This document shows positions 50,914 to 62,311 of a stretch of DNA of 64,000 nt, one piece after another. Both the position numbers and the translations under genes were made by a program. Under the pieces are notes generated by a model. The model had not been told where the DNA came from and made no database searches. It saw nothing but the letters and a program-made list of their open reading frames with translations. The stretch is from an uncultured Lachnospiraceae bacterium (GTDB taxonomy: Bacteria > Bacillota > Clostridia > Lachnospirales > Lachnospiraceae). The stretch lies in contig CAOJQZ010000003.1 in NCBI GenBank assembly GCA_948441955.1, positions 869 to 64,868 on the forward strand, given 5' to 3'. How positions within the stretch are numbered: position 1 is the stretch's first letter; every line of letters starts with the position of its first letter.

Positions 50914-53913
50914 ATGTCAAAAATTAAAATATACGAATTAGCGAAGGAATTGGGAAAACCCAGTAAAGAGCTGGTAGAGTTTCTGATAGGAAAAAATATA
51001 GAGGTAAAAAACCACATGAGCGCAATCGAGGCGCCGGAGGCGGAGATGGTACGAAATTCCTTTGGAAAAAAGGAAAAGACAGAGACCGAGGCAAAGGAGA
51101 CTTTGAAACAAGGGGCGCCAAAAAAGAAAAATATTGTGCAGGTATTCCGGCCCCAAAATACCCAGAGCGGCGGGAGACGGGGGCAGGCAAGACATCCGGG
51201 TGCAAAACCTGTGCAGCAGATGGGCAGGCCCGTGCAGGTGAATAACGGACGCCCGTCTAAGACAGCGGCTCCCGGTGCAAAGCCTGCGTCTTTAAAGCCG
51301 CTGAGTGAGAAGGCAAGAGCAGAGCATATACAAGAAACGGACAGGAAGACTGGGGTGAAAGTCCAGCCGGAAAATAATGTACAGCCGGCAGATACGAAGC
51401 CGGCAGAAAAGATGCAGGAGCCAAAGCTTCAGGCCGAGAAGCAGCAGCCAGAAATGGCGGCAGAAAAGCGGGCGCCTGAAATAAAACAGGAAAAAACAGG
51501 GAAAGGACAGCCGTCTTCCGACAGACATTCTGAGCGTCCCCAGGGAGACAGAAGGGAGCACGATCAGGATAGCCAGAACCGTCCGCGGGGAGACAGAAGG
51601 GAAAGAGGCAGCCGTCCCCAAGGAGATAAAAGAGAGGGAGGCAGCCGTTTCCAGGGAGACAGAAGAGAAGGAGGCAGCCGTTTCCAGGGAGACAGAAGAG
51701 AAGGAGGAGGCCGTTTCCAGGGAGACAGAAGAGAAGGAGGCAGCCGTTTCCAGGGAGACAGAAAAGAAGGAGGCAGCCGTCCCCAGGGAGACAGAAGAGA
51801 ACGTGATCAGGCCGGACGTCAGGATAGATTCCGGGGAGACAGAAATCAAAACAGCCGGGGAAATGAAAGAGGCAGTTTTGAGAGGAACCAGGGAGAAAGA
51901 GGTTCCTACGAAAGGGGGCAGGGCCGCGGAGGCAGACCAGGAGAAAACCGCGGAGACAGAACCGACAGACGTTCATCTATTCCGGCGCCCATCGTAGAAG
52001 GTCAAAAGCCGCAGCGCAGTAAAGGAAAAGGTAAGGACGACCATAAGAAAAAAGATTTCCGCCGTGATGACGATGGAATGAGCAAGGGCAAGAAAGGAAA
52101 GCTTGAGCCGAAGCAGCAGCTTCAAAAGCCGCAGCCGAAGGAGCAGAAGCAGGAGGAGAAGATCAAGTCTATTGTAATTCCGGAAATGCTTACGATTCAG
52201 GAGCTTGCGGATAAGATGAAGGTTGTTCCTTCTGTAATTGTAAAAAAACTGTTCATGCAAGGAAAGATTGTTACGGTTAATCAGGAAATTGACTATGAGA
52301 CAGCAGAGGAAATTGCATTAGAGTTTGAGATTCTTTGCGAGAAAGAAGAAGTAGTAGACGTCATTGAGGAGCTGCTTAAAGAGGATGAGGAAGACGAAAG
52401 CAAGATGAAGAAGCGTCCGCCTGTAGTTTGTGTTATGGGCCATGTCGACCATGGAAAGACTTCCCTTCTTGATGCGATCCGCAATACAAATGTGATTGGA
52501 AGAGAGGCCGGAGGCATTACCCAGCATATAGGCGCATCGGTTGTTGAAGTTAACGGGGAAAAGATTACATTCCTTGATACGCCGGGTCATGAAGCCTTTA
52601 CAGCAATGCGGATGAGAGGAGCAAACTCTACCGATATTGCCATTCTTGTTGTTGCGGCAGACGACGGCGTTATGCCGCAGACCGTGGAGGCAATCAATCA
52701 TGCAAAAGCGGCCGGAATTGAGATCGTTGTCGCAGTGAATAAAATTGATAAACCAAGCGCTAATATTGAGCGTGTAAAACAGGAGCTTACAGAATATGAG
52801 CTGATTGCAGAGGACTGGGGCGGAAGCACCGTCTTTGTTCCGGTGTCTGCAAAGACAGGGGAGGGATTAGAGGAACTTATGGAAATGCTTCTTCTGACTG
52901 CGGAGGTTATGGAGCTTAAGGCAAATGCGAACCGCCGTGCACGGGGGCTTGTACTGGAGGCCGAACTTGACAAGGGAAGAGGTTCTGTAGCCACTGTTCT
53001 TGTACAAAAGGGAACATTACGCATCGGCGACGCTATTGCTGCTGGTTCTGCACACGGCAGGGTCAGGGCCATGATGGACGATAAGGGTAGACGTGTGAAG
53101 GAGGCAGGGCCGTCTACACCGGTGGAAATTCTCGGATTAAACGATGTGCCGAATGCAGGAGAAGTATTTGTAGGATGCGGTAATGATAAAGAGGCAAGAA
53201 GCTTCGCCGAAACATTTATTGCACAGAGTAAAGTGAAGCTTCTTGAGGATACGAAGTCAAAGCTTTCCCTGGACGATTTATTTACGCAGATTCAGGAGGG
53301 GAATTTAAAGGAGCTTGGTATCGTAGTAAAGGCAGACGTACAGGGTTCGGTTGAAGCTATAAAGCAGAGTCTTCTGAAGCTTTCTAATGACGAGGTTGTC
53401 ATCAAGATTATTCACGGAGGAGTAGGTGCGATTAATGAGTCAGACGTCAGTCTTGCATCTGCGTCAAATGCCATTATTATAGGCTTTAACGTCCGTCCGG
53501 ATGCGACTGCAAAAGAAACGGCAGAACGTGAAGGCGTGGATATACGTCTGTATCGTGTGATTTATAATGCAATTGAGGATGTGGAAGCGGCGATGAAAGG
53601 GATGCTGGATCCGGTGTTTGAAGAAAAGGTACTTGGTCATGCAGAGGTGCGCCAGACCTTTAAAGCATCCGGAGTCGGTACAATTGCAGGTTCCTATGTG
53701 CTGGACGGTACATTTGAAAGAGACTGTTCCGTACGTCTTACAAGAGACGGGATTGTCATCTTCGAGGGACCGCTTGCATCCCTGAGACGCTTCAAGGATG
53801 ATGTAAAAGAAGTAAGAGCAGGGTACGAATGCGGATTTGTATTCGCAGGCTTTAATGATATCAAAGAGGGCGATCTGGTAGAATCCTATAAGATGGTTGA
53901 GATACCTAGATAG
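50914..53913 (+). CDS. infB: Translation initiation factor IF-2
   Basis: [33 protein letters not shown]. Confidence 0.97.
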   Translation: MSKIKIYELAKELGKPSKELVEFLIGKNIEVKNHMSAIEAPEAEMVRNSFGKKEKTETEAKETLKQGAPKKKNIVQVFRPQNTQSGGRRGQARHPGAKPVQQMGRPVQVNNGRPSKTAAPGAKPASLKPLSEKARAEHIQETDRKTGVKVQPENNVQPADTKPAEKMQEPKLQAEKQQPEMAAEKRAPEIKQEKTGKGQPSSDRHSERPQGDRREHDQDSQNRPRGDRRERGSRPQGDKREGGSRFQGDRREGGSRFQGDRREGGGRFQGDRREGGSRFQGDRKEGGSRPQGDRRERDQAGRQDRFRGDRNQNSRGNERGSFERNQGERGSYERGQGRGGRPGENRGDRTDRRSSIPAPIVEGQKPQRSKGKGKDDHKKKDFRRDDDGMSKGKKGKLEPKQQLQKPQPKEQKQEEKIKSIVIPEMLTIQELADKMKVVPSVIVKKLFMQGKIVTVNQEIDYETAEEIALEFEILCEKEEVVDVIEELLKEDEEDESKMKKRPPVVCVMGHVDHGKTSLLDAIRNTNVIGREAGGITQHIGASVVEVNGEKITFLDTPGHEAFTAMRMRGANSTDIAILVVAADDGVMPQTVEAINHAKAAGIEIVVAVNKIDKPSANIERVKQELTEYELIAEDWGGSTVFVPVSAKTGEGLEELMEMLLLTAEVMELKANANRRARGLVLEAELDKGRGSVATVLVQKGTLRIGDAIAAGSAHGRVRAMMDDKGRRVKEAGPSTPVEILGLNDVPNAGEVFVGCGNDKEARSFAETFIAQSKVKLLEDTKSKLSLDDLFTQIQEGNLKELGIVVKADVQGSVEAIKQSLLKLSNDEVVIKIIHGGVGAINESDVSLASASNAIIIGFNVRPDATAKETAEREGVDIRLYRVIYNAIEDVEAAMKGMLDPVFEEKVLGHAEVRQTFKASGVGTIAGSYVLDGTFERDCSVRLTRDGIVIFEGPLASLRRFKDDVKEVRAGYECGFVFAGFNDIKEGDLVESYKMVEIPR
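51607..51804 (+). repeat. 33-bp coding tandem repeat (about 6 copies) in infB
   Basis: Units start at 51607, 51640, 51673, 51706, 51739, 51772; encode [11 protein letters not shown] variants. Confidence 0.9.
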
Positions 53914-53950
53914 GCATCACCCTGTTCCATGTGAAAGAAAGGAAAGAAAA

Positions 53951-54331
53951 TTGAAAAAAAGAAGTATTAAGAATACAAGAGTTAATACGGAGGTGCAGCG
54001 GGAACTCAGCAACATTTTAAGAGGCGGCATAAAGGACCCGCGGGTAGCGCCGTGGACTTCGGTGACAGCAGTAGAAGTAGCGCCGGATCTTAAGACCAGT
54101 AAGGCATATATCAGTGTCTTGGGGGACGAAAAGGCGCAGGCAGATACGCTGGCAGGGCTTCAGAATGCAGAGGGATATATTCGCAGGGAGCTTGCAAGGA
54201 CGCTGAACATGCGCAACACACCGGAGATCAGATTTGTGCTGGACCAGTCAATTGAATATGGAGTAAATATGTCAAAGAAAATTGATGAAGTAACAAAAGG
54301 CTTGAAGACAGAGGGTGAAGAAGATGCTTAA
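53951..54331 (+). CDS. rbfA: Ribosome-binding factor A
   Basis: KDPRV, VEVAPDL, R.TPEIRF..D.SIEYG; TTG start. Confidence 0.93.
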   Translation: MKKRSIKNTRVNTEVQRELSNILRGGIKDPRVAPWTSVTAVEVAPDLKTSKAYISVLGDEKAQADTLAGLQNAEGYIRRELARTLNMRNTPEIRFVLDQSIEYGVNMSKKIDEVTKGLKTEGEEDA

Positions 54332-55277
54332 AAAAATGCTTGCACATGCAGACAGTATTGCCATCGGAGGACATATAAGACCAGACGGAGACTGCGTAGG
54401 ATCCTGTATGGGATTGTATCAATATATCAGGGATAATTATCCGGAAAAAAAAGTAGATGTATATCTGGAGGATATCCCCGAGCCCTTTGCATTTCTTGAA
54501 GGTACGCAGGAGATCCGCCATGATATTCCGGAAGGAAAAGGGTACGATCTGTTTATTTGCATGGACTGCGGGGACAAGGAAAGGCTTGGATTTTCAGTAC
54601 CGCTTTTTGAAGGTGCAGAAAATACACTTTGCATAGACCACCATGTCAGTAACGGGAGTTTTGCTGTAAGTAATTACATTATCCCGGATGCAAGCTCTAC
54701 CTCTGAGCTGGTATTTCAGCTTATGGATAAAAGCAAAATCAGCAGGACTGCAGCAGAGGCGCTGTATCTTGGAATTGTACATGATACAGGTGTTTTTCAG
54801 TATTCCTGCGCGGGGCCGTCCACCTTTGAGGCTGCAGCAGAGCTTTTAAAAAAAGGGATTGATGCGCCGGGAATTATCCGGGATACCTATTATGTAAAAA
54901 CCTATGCACAAAACCAGATTCTTGGAAGGGCGCTTATGGAAAGCATTCTGTTCCTTAATGGAAAATGTATTGTATCCTATATTAGAAAAGCTACAATGGA
55001 TTTCTACCGGGTAACACCAAAGGAATTGGACGGGATTGTCAGCCATTTAAGAAATACCAAAGGCGTACATGTGGCGGTATTTATGTATGAACTGGAGCCG
55101 GAGGTATATAAGGTAAGCCTCCGCTCTGACGATTTGGTAGATGTAAGTATGATTGCAGCGCAGTACGGCGGCGGCGGACATAAAAAGGCGGCGGGCCTTG
55201 AAATGCATGGCAACTTTTACAGCGTTATTAACCGGTTATCGGCACAGATCGAAAAACAGCTGAGGGATGCTTTATGA
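54315..55277 (+). CDS. nrnA: DHH family oligoribonuclease/PAP phosphatase
   Basis: H.RPDGD..GS, IDHH, DTG.F, GGGGH..AAG. Confidence 0.9.
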   Translation: MKKMLKKMLAHADSIAIGGHIRPDGDCVGSCMGLYQYIRDNYPEKKVDVYLEDIPEPFAFLEGTQEIRHDIPEGKGYDLFICMDCGDKERLGFSVPLFEGAENTLCIDHHVSNGSFAVSNYIIPDASSTSELVFQLMDKSKISRTAAEALYLGIVHDTGVFQYSCAGPSTFEAAAELLKKGIDAPGIIRDTYYVKTYAQNQILGRALMESILFLNGKCIVSYIRKATMDFYRVTPKELDGIVSHLRNTKGVHVAVFMYELEPEVYKVSLRSDDLVDVSMIAAQYGGGGHKKAAGLEMHGNFYSVINRLSAQIEKQLRDAL

Positions 55278-56188
55278 TTCATGGCATTTTGAATGTGTAC
55301 AAGGAAAAGGGGTATACCTCTCATGATGTTGTAGCAAAGCTCCGGGGGATAACCGGACAGAAAAAAATCGGGCATACGGGTACATTGGATCCGGATGCAT
55401 CCGGCGTCCTTCCGATATGCCTCGGGAGGGCGACGAAGCTTTGCGGTATGCTGACAGATAAGGACAAATGCTATGAGACCGTTATGCTTCTCGGCATGGA
55501 GACAGATACCCAGGACATTACAGGAAGAGTGCAAAGGAGAGGCGATATCTCAAAGGTTACAGAGGATATGATCCAACAGGCGGTTAAAAGCTTTGAGGGT
55601 ATTTACGAACAGATTCCCCCCATGTATTCGGCGCTTAAGGTGAACGGAAGGAAGCTTTACGAGCTTGCAAGGGAAGGGAAAACCGTAGAGCGTAAGCCAA
55701 GAAGAGTAACAATATATAAAATAGATATTCTGAAAATAGATCTTCCCCGGGTGCATATGAGAGTGTTCTGTTCAAAAGGAACTTATATCCGGACCCTTTG
55801 CCGTGATATAGGAGAGAGGCTTTCATGTACGGCCTGTATGGAGGAGCTTGTGCGCATGCAGGTGAGTGATTTTGTAATAAAAGACAGTGTTACGCTTTCT
55901 GAGATTGAAGACCGAAAGAAAAACGGCACATTGGATGAGATCATTATTCCTGTGGATCAGATGTTTTCCGATATAGGACAGGTTACCGTAAAGAATGAAT
56001 GGAGGAGAATGGTTCTTAACGGAGGCCCTTTTCCGGAAGACGGCGCGGAGAAAGAGAATGTCTTTTCTGATCTTGAAAGAGTCAGGGTATACGACCGGGA
56101 AGGAAGATTTATCGGAGTATACAGCTACAGAGAAACAGAAAAAATATTCACGCTTGTTAAGATGTTTTGTATTATGGAGAGGGACTAA
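55274..56188 (+). CDS. truB: tRNA pseudouridine(55) synthase
   Basis: TSHDVV, GHTGTLDP, PPMYSALK, CSKGTYIRTL. Confidence 0.95.
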   Translation: MIHGILNVYKEKGYTSHDVVAKLRGITGQKKIGHTGTLDPDASGVLPICLGRATKLCGMLTDKDKCYETVMLLGMETDTQDITGRVQRRGDISKVTEDMIQQAVKSFEGIYEQIPPMYSALKVNGRKLYELAREGKTVERKPRRVTIYKIDILKIDLPRVHMRVFCSKGTYIRTLCRDIGERLSCTACMEELVRMQVSDFVIKDSVTLSEIEDRKKNGTLDEIIIPVDQMFSDIGQVTVKNEWRRMVLNGGPFPEDGAEKENVFSDLERVRVYDREGRFIGVYSYRETEKIFTLVKMFCIMERD

Positions 56189-56191
56189 AAA

Positions 56192-57091
56192 ATGCAGTAT
56201 GTAAAGGGTCTGAATAAGTATAGGGACGATGGAAGAAGCGCGGTGACATTTGGAAAGTTCGACGGTCTTCACCGCGGACATCAGGAGCTTGTGAGGACTG
56301 TGAAGGAATTAGGTGAAAAAGAGGATGTAAGCAGTATAGTCTGTGCCTTTGATATGAATCAGAGGAATGTACTTATGACAAAAGAAGAACGCCTGCTGCA
56401 TTTGGAAAATGAGGTTGATTATCTGGTGGACTGCGCGTTCACGAAGGAATTTATGGAGATTTCAGCAGAAGATTTTATCAGAGACATTATCAAGGGGGTG
56501 TTTCATGCTGAATTTGTAGTGGTAGGAACGGATTTTCGGTTTGGGTACGGCAAGCGGGGAGATATTCATATGCTGGCGGCATATGAAAAAGCATGTGGGT
56601 ATGAACTGATTGTTATAGAAAAAAAACGCTATCAGGATCGTATTATCAGCAGTACGTACATCAAAGAAACGCTGAAGGAAGGCGCGGTGTCAAAAGCAGA
56701 GCGTATGCTGGGATATGGATACGGCATATCAGGAATTGTTGAGCCGGGGAGAAAACTGGGAAGGACACTTGGTTTTCCAACCTTAAATGTTCTATGGCCG
56801 GAAGGAAAGCTGGTTCCTCCAAGAGGAGTGTATCTTTGCCGTGCTTATATAGATGGAAGAAGCTATAATGGGATTTCAAACATCGGTGTGAAGCCTACCG
56901 TATCAGATGAAGAAAAGGTGCGTATCGAGAGTTTCTTATTTGAATACAATGCAGATGCTTACGGTAAGGAGGTTATGTTTGAATTAATAGAATATGTGCG
57001 CCCGGAGCAAAAGTTTAGGGGGAAAGAAGAGCTCAAGGCGAATGTAGACCGTAATATTGCTTATGGTAAGAAATACTTTGGGATAAAGTGA
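56192..57091 (+). CDS. ribF: Bifunctional riboflavin kinase/FAD synthetase
   Basis: FDGLH.GH, DFRFG, ISST.I, GRTLGFPT.N, NIGVKPT. Confidence 0.93.
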   Translation: MQYVKGLNKYRDDGRSAVTFGKFDGLHRGHQELVRTVKELGEKEDVSSIVCAFDMNQRNVLMTKEERLLHLENEVDYLVDCAFTKEFMEISAEDFIRDIIKGVFHAEFVVVGTDFRFGYGKRGDIHMLAAYEKACGYELIVIEKKRYQDRIISSTYIKETLKEGAVSKAERMLGYGYGISGIVEPGRKLGRTLGFPTLNVLWPEGKLVPPRGVYLCRAYIDGRSYNGISNIGVKPTVSDEEKVRIESFLFEYNADAYGKEVMFELIEYVRPEQKFRGKEELKANVDRNIAYGKKYFGIK

Positions 57092-57106
57092 TAAAGGAGA
57101 GTACAG

Positions 57107-58756
57107 ATGAGTATTACAGAAGTTTTTACGCTGTTTGGAGGATTAGGTTTTTTTCTCTTTGGCATGAAGCTTATGAGCGAGGGCCTGGAAAAGGCGGCCG
57201 GCGCTAAGATGAGAGGAATTCTTGAGTTTTTTACAAAAAACCGGTTTATCGGTATGGTAGTAGGCATTGTATTTACTGCGATCATCCAGTCTTCTAATGC
57301 AACTACGGTTATGGTAGTAAGCTTTGTAAATTCGGGTCTTATGACACTTATGCAGGCCACGGGAGTTATTTTGGGAGCCAATATTGGTACTACGGTGACC
57401 GGGCAGCTGATTGCCTTTAATCTGTCGGATATAGCGCCGCTGGTTGTTATTATAGGTGTTATCATGGTGATGTTCTGCAGGAAGCAAAGCGTAAAAAAGA
57501 TCGGGGAGGTTATTCTTGGGTTCGGTATTCTTTTTATGGGACTGCGCATTATGGGAGAGAGCATGCAGGCTGTGAAGGAATCGCCGCGAATCCTTGAATT
57601 CTTAAGCTCACTTTCAAGTCCGTTTTCCGCGATATTGGTAGGCTTTCTTATTACGGCAGTACTGCAGAGCTCATCAGCGACGGTAGGTATTATTCTTCTC
57701 ATGGTATCCCAGGGGCTTTTAGCCTTTACTATATGCCCGTTCATGATTCTGGGATGTAATATTGGTTCCTGTGTGTCTGCTCTTGTTGCAAGTCTGAGCG
57801 GGAAGAAAGATGCAAAACGCGCGGCCCTTATTCATTTTCTCTTTAACGTAATCGGCTCTGCAGTTATGTTTCTTATTTTACTTGCGGCGCTGGAACCGAT
57901 TACCAATGGGCTTCTGTACATTTCAGGAGGAAATCTTGCCCGTGCCGTTGCCAATGTACATACTCTTATGAAAGTATTTGAGGTTGCAATGCTGTTCCCA
58001 TTTATGGGATGGATTGTAAGGGCCACATATAAGATTGTGCCGGGTTCAGATGAAATTGAAGACGAGTATGAGCTTCAGTATATCGGAAAAGGCAATATTA
58101 TGGCGCCTACAACGGCATTTTCCAACGGTGTTCATGAGATTACCCATATGGGAAGGATCGCGATTGAAAATTTAAAGACTTCCATGCATACCTTATGCGA
58201 GCTGGATGAAAAAGAAATCGACGATGTATATAAAAGAGAAGAATATATTGACTTTTTGAACCGGAAAATTACAGACTATCTTGTAAAAGTGAACGAGATT
58301 GAACTGCCTATCGCAGATGCAAGATTAATCGGCGCTTTATTTCATGTTGTGAACGATATAGAAAGAATTGGGGATCATGCTGAAAATTTTGCAGATTCGG
58401 CCAGAGACCGTATTGAGAGGGGTATTGAATTTAGCGAAAAGGCGAAAAAGCAGCTGCAGGATATGACGGAGGAGGTCGTACAGATTCTGGAATACTCTCT
58501 TGATATGTTCATGAACCGGAATCCAAGGCATATGCAGGACATTCTTAATCTGGAAGACAATATTGATGAAAGAGAGAGAAAATTACAGCGTGCCCATGTA
58601 AAACGCCTTACAAAGAATAAATGTACCCCGGAGGCGGGAATGCTGTTTTCAGATACCATATCCGGACTTGAGCGTGTGGCAGATCATGCAACAAATATAG
58701 CTTTTGCAATTTTAGATCCGGATAACAGTGTATCAGAGGAGGAAGAGGAAGAATAA
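57107..58756 (+). CDS. Na/Pi cotransporter with PhoU-like domains
   Basis: IIQSS, GANIGTT, LQSSSA, GCNIGS, DIERIGDH, ERVADH. Confidence 0.92.
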   Translation: MSITEVFTLFGGLGFFLFGMKLMSEGLEKAAGAKMRGILEFFTKNRFIGMVVGIVFTAIIQSSNATTVMVVSFVNSGLMTLMQATGVILGANIGTTVTGQLIAFNLSDIAPLVVIIGVIMVMFCRKQSVKKIGEVILGFGILFMGLRIMGESMQAVKESPRILEFLSSLSSPFSAILVGFLITAVLQSSSATVGIILLMVSQGLLAFTICPFMILGCNIGSCVSALVASLSGKKDAKRAALIHFLFNVIGSAVMFLILLAALEPITNGLLYISGGNLARAVANVHTLMKVFEVAMLFPFMGWIVRATYKIVPGSDEIEDEYELQYIGKGNIMAPTTAFSNGVHEITHMGRIAIENLKTSMHTLCELDEKEIDDVYKREEYIDFLNRKITDYLVKVNEIELPIADARLIGALFHVVNDIERIGDHAENFADSARDRIERGIEFSEKAKKQLQDMTEEVVQILEYSLDMFMNRNPRHMQDILNLEDNIDERERKLQRAHVKRLTKNKCTPEAGMLFSDTISGLERVADHATNIAFAILDPDNSVSEEEEEE

Positions 58757-58814
58757 TTTTGTAGAAATTCTTTACTTTATGCTGAACTTATGCTATACTG
58801 TCCAGGTAAAAACA

Positions 58815-58862
58815 GCCGATGTTCGGTAATCGGATTACTCCACCCGTTACTTAATGTCAGGC
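58815..58862 (+). promoter_or_regulatory. Probable S15 ribosomal leader RNA
   Basis: Nested pairing gccgatgtt/aatgtcaggc and ggtaatcgg/ccgttact with loop attactccac, between TTTACT-17-TATACT (58771-58799) and the rpsO RBS. Confidence 0.65.
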
Positions 58863-58892
58863 GGTATGAAGAGTTTAAAGGAGGAGATCTAG

Positions 58893-59159
58893 ATGGTTTC
58901 AAAAGAAAGAAAAGAGCAGATTATTGCAGAATATGGAAGAACAGAGGGTGACACAGGTTCACCGGAGGTTCAGGTTGCAATTCTTACAGCAAGAATTAAT
59001 GATCTGACAGAGCATTTTAAAGCAAATCCGAAGGATCATCATTCAAGAAGAGGACTTCTTAAAATGGTAGGTCAGAGAAGAGGACTTCTGGCATATCTTA
59101 AGAAGACAGATATCGAAAGATATCGTTCACTTATTGAAAGATTAGGACTGCGTAAGTAG
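58893..59159 (+). CDS. rpsO: 30S ribosomal protein S15
   Basis: [26 protein letters not shown]. Confidence 0.97.
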   Translation: MVSKERKEQIIAEYGRTEGDTGSPEVQVAILTARINDLTEHFKANPKDHHSRRGLLKMVGQRRGLLAYLKKTDIERYRSLIERLGLRK

Positions 59160-59166
59160 TCCGGAT

Positions 59167-59200
59167 AAAATTCCTGCCGGGTAACGGCGGGAATTTTTTA
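59167..59200 (+). terminator. Intrinsic terminator
   Basis: aaaattcctgccg-ggtaa-cggcgggaatttt. Confidence 0.75.
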
Positions 59201-59306
59201 AATAAATATGTAATTGAAAAAATTGGAAAATAAATTTAAAAAGTTGTTGACAAATTAATTTTGCCGTAGTACAATAGTTATTGTTCTGAGGAACACAATA
59301 AGAAAT

Positions 59307-59379
59307 GCGACAGTGGCTCAGTTGGTAGAGTACGACCTTGCCAAGGTCGGGGTCGCGGGTTCGAACCCCGTCTGTCGCT
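59307..59379 (+). tRNA. tRNA-Gly(GCC)
   Basis: Acceptor GCGACAG/CTGTCGC, anticodon arm CGACC-TTGCCAA-GGTCG, TTCGAAC T-loop; CCA not encoded; TTGACA-17-TACAAT promoter at 59247-59275. Confidence 0.97.
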
Positions 59380-59382
59380 CTC

Positions 59383-59422
59383 ACAGATACCATAGAAATT
59401 CATTTCTATGGTATCTGTTTTT
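59383..59422. terminator. Long hairpin terminator between tRNA and lysin gene
   Basis: acagataccatagaaat-tc-atttctatggtatctgt + tttt. Confidence 0.8.
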
Positions 59423-59432
59423 AGTGTAAATA

Positions 59433-60419
59433 CTAAAATAACTGGAACCGGTCTATGGCTGCGCCAAAGCATCCGGCAAACCCGTCCTGTCCATTACCTG
59501 TCTCATCATCAAACTGCCAAGGATAATATCCGGAATTAACAGGTGATACTCTATACTGTGCTCTCTGATATCCGTATTTTGATACAATATCTTCAGGGGT
59601 GTCATAATACACCCGGACGGCATCAATTGCTTTCCCGTTTCCGGCATATCCGTTATTGTGATTCTTCCAGTCATATCCCGTAACCCACGGCAGCCATCCG
59701 CCGCCAAGAATATGTACCTGATACTTTACGCTGCCTTTATTTACTTTTATGGCGGCATTTGCAATGGACCTGCCTGTAATACCGGCAAAATCTTCTAAAT
59801 TATTTACAGGTGGCAAGATAGTCCCGTCTGTAAGCTGTACGGCATATGTAAATATAATCCCCGGATTCCCTTTCGATACCATAGACGCTGCATGAAAGAC
59901 TGTATTGCCGGATGTATTATGTACAGGAACGCTTACATTTTCTCCCATAAACTGTTTGATACGGGAAATGAAGTAAGCTTTCGTATTAGAAGCTCCGTGA
60001 TGGATTTCTACAGAACGATGCGGACATGCTGTGGCGGCTACTTCCTGATGCAAACGGATGGTGCCTGCATTTGGAATGATTCCATACTGTTTACATTTTT
60101 GAGCCGCCAGCCTTAATGCAGTTTCTTCGTTTTTCTTAAAGACTTCCAGATTTCCCATACTCTGGCAGACTTCGATAGACAGATAGTTCATATTACCATC
60201 ATAATCAGCACAATGCCATGCTCCATATTTATCATCTTCTGCCTGAACCGTGCCGTCAGAGCATACATAATAATGCGCAAATCCATTTTCCAGATTATGT
60301 GTTGGGAGCCAGTTTCTATAATGTGCCGCATCTGCATAGCCGCTTCCGGCATCATTGTGAATAAATATGCCTTTTGGGTTTCTTCCTCGGTTTCCCGCAA
60401 TTCCTTTACAAATACTCAT
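59433..60419 (-). CDS. N-acetylmuramoyl-L-alanine amidase (endolysin-like) with ChW-like C-terminal repeats
   Basis: IFIHNDAG, FAHYY, AWH, SIEVCQ, LH.E..ATACP; YQVH..GGGWLPWV...GYAG repeats. Confidence 0.85.
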   Translation of the reverse strand: MSICKGIAGNRGRNPKGIFIHNDAGSGYADAAHYRNWLPTHNLENGFAHYYVCSDGTVQAEDDKYGAWHCADYDGNMNYLSIEVCQSMGNLEVFKKNEETALRLAAQKCKQYGIIPNAGTIRLHQEVAATACPHRSVEIHHGASNTKAYFISRIKQFMGENVSVPVHNTSGNTVFHAASMVSKGNPGIIFTYAVQLTDGTILPPVNNLEDFAGITGRSIANAAIKVNKGSVKYQVHILGGGWLPWVTGYDWKNHNNGYAGNGKAIDAVRVYYDTPEDIVSKYGYQRAQYRVSPVNSGYYPWQFDDETGNGQDGFAGCFGAAIDRFQLF

Positions 60420-60420
60420 T

Positions 60421-62286
60421 TTAAATGTTCCTTTCTTCATCAAAAAGCCATACGCCTCCGATCATCTGGTCAGGTTCGGTTTCACTGTCACAGATAAAGT
60501 TATGCAGTATATTAAATAGGTTACGTGTGTTTCCGTAATTGTCCACGCCGGCAATGTCGCCGCCTACCTGGAGCTTTGCGGCTGTATTTGCAAAATCAGG
60601 AGCCTTGTTGACTGTCACCAGACCGTCTTCAAAAATATACATGGGAGCAATTCCGGCGGATACAGTAACTATAAATGTATCGCTGTATAGGTTGTCGGCG
60701 ATAACAAACTCGATATTATACGACTTTGATGAATCAAGCTGCAGGAATTGGATATCGGAATATACTGCCTTTTTATCGTCGTTAAAATCACTTAGTATTG
60801 GATGAATAGCAGTATATGCAGAGGGAAAAGCCTGTCCAACCTCACAGTATCTGTATTTTAATGTAAGCTCTGAGTTCTTCTGTACATTTCCTATCATTAA
60901 TTTTGCATAATATCCAGTTAGTGATAAAGAAGTCTGTGCTTCATAATCATTCAGGCGCTTTACGTCGATTACATCCAAAATCGGTTTGTGGTAGGGTATA
61001 ACATAAAAATGCTCAGAAATCTTGTCCGAGACATTGCCTCTGCTGTCTACGGCATAAACGTCCAGCAAGTATGTTCCGGATATCCCAAATGCGCCCAGGT
61101 CCATCGTTACCGTTTCATTGGGAGAGAAATCCTTTTCAACCTTCTTATTAAAGCTTCCGCAGGTAATATCACAGACATATTTGGTAATTGCCGCCGCATT
61201 TTTTGCTATTGCTTTATTGTCCGGCGTGATGGATACCTGCATGTTGCCGTAATTTTGAGGCATGTGTATTTCACCCAACAAATTTTTTATGTTTTCAATC
61301 GTATTGCTGCAGGTGCAGGCATGAAAGGAAGGACTGCTGTCTGTAACTTTCATAACGCCTGTCTTTGTTCCGGTATAATCAACGCCGCCCAGAGAAACGC
61401 CGTATAGGATCCGATAAGGCATGGCGTTTCTTGCCGGACATTTCTCATACAGCTGAGAAGCAATGTCTGACAGGCTCCATGTATATGATGCAGACTGAAT
61501 TCCGGCAGCAGAAGCCATTTGAACAAATTCTCCGGTTTCATCCGATACCTCTAATTTTAGATAGGATGCATTATCAGCATAATTACTAAATGTAAGGGTC
61601 AGATCCCGGCCAATATCCATATCTATAGATGTATTACTGATGGATGCAATGGGCTTTGTTTTAAACGTTATTTCTGAGCCTGTTGTCCATAAAGACGAAT
61701 CACTCCGCTGTACACGTATCTTTATTTTGTACGCAGTATCAGGCTTTAATCCGGTTTGTGTAAATGTACCGGATTTTGCACTGCCGGTCCATTTAGAGTT
61801 CCATGAGCCTCCGTTTAACGATACATGAACAGCCTTAACCGTGTTGGAGCATGTCCAGGAAAAATTTGCGGAGGTCTGATCAACAGAGGTATTTTTCCAC
61901 GCGGTAATCGATGTATAACGGGGGATAACGGCACATGTAAAGCTTCCGGCTGCGGACAGGGTTCCAGGAAGCACGCCGTCGCCGAAATAGAGTTTTGCGC
62001 TGGCGGACACATTAAGGGCTCCGTCTGCATTGTGTGTAACGGTAAAGGATCTTGAGGCCACGGTCTTCCAGACATTTACCCCCATATTATATTCGAATGT
62101 GAAATAGGTATTTCCCGGGTTCTGCCCTGCACAGGAAATATTCCAGTATGCGCTGCCGTTTCCGCTCCAGGAATAATGGGAATAGTCTGTCCGTCTGAAC
62201 TGAAATGTAACCGTAACGACAGAAGTATTTGCAGAAATATTTTGACTGCTTTCTGAAAAAAGTAATCTTGTTTCATAGGATGCCAA
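60421..62286 (-). CDS. Phage minor structural/tail protein (DUF859-like, FN3-like segment)
   Basis: SQNI.ANTS.VT, V.HNADG, IPR.TS motifs of siphovirus tail proteins; TGLKPDT.Y FN3; TTG after GAGGTG. Confidence 0.65.
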   Translation of the reverse strand: MASYETRLLFSESSQNISANTSVVTVTFQFRRTDYSHYSWSGNGSAYWNISCAGQNPGNTYFTFEYNMGVNVWKTVASRSFTVTHNADGALNVSASAKLYFGDGVLPGTLSAAGSFTCAVIPRYTSITAWKNTSVDQTSANFSWTCSNTVKAVHVSLNGGSWNSKWTGSAKSGTFTQTGLKPDTAYKIKIRVQRSDSSLWTTGSEITFKTKPIASISNTSIDMDIGRDLTLTFSNYADNASYLKLEVSDETGEFVQMASAAGIQSASYTWSLSDIASQLYEKCPARNAMPYRILYGVSLGGVDYTGTKTGVMKVTDSSPSFHACTCSNTIENIKNLLGEIHMPQNYGNMQVSITPDNKAIAKNAAAITKYVCDITCGSFNKKVEKDFSPNETVTMDLGAFGISGTYLLDVYAVDSRGNVSDKISEHFYVIPYHKPILDVIDVKRLNDYEAQTSLSLTGYYAKLMIGNVQKNSELTLKYRYCEVGQAFPSAYTAIHPILSDFNDDKKAVYSDIQFLQLDSSKSYNIEFVIADNLYSDTFIVTVSAGIAPMYIFEDGLVTVNKAPDFANTAAKLQVGGDIAGVDNYGNTRNLFNILHNFICDSETEPDQMIGGVWLFDEERNI

Positions 62287-62311
62287 TTTTATCACCTCTT
62301 TTAAATTTATA

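Noticed and set aside
51257..51976. Antisense ORFs with LLFCLPGNG / SSVSLETAA repeats
   Set aside because: Mirror of the infB 33-bp repeat
59860..59960. Internal translation start in the lysin linker (two-product endolysin)
   Set aside because: No in-frame start codon at a proper distance from an RBS-like sequence
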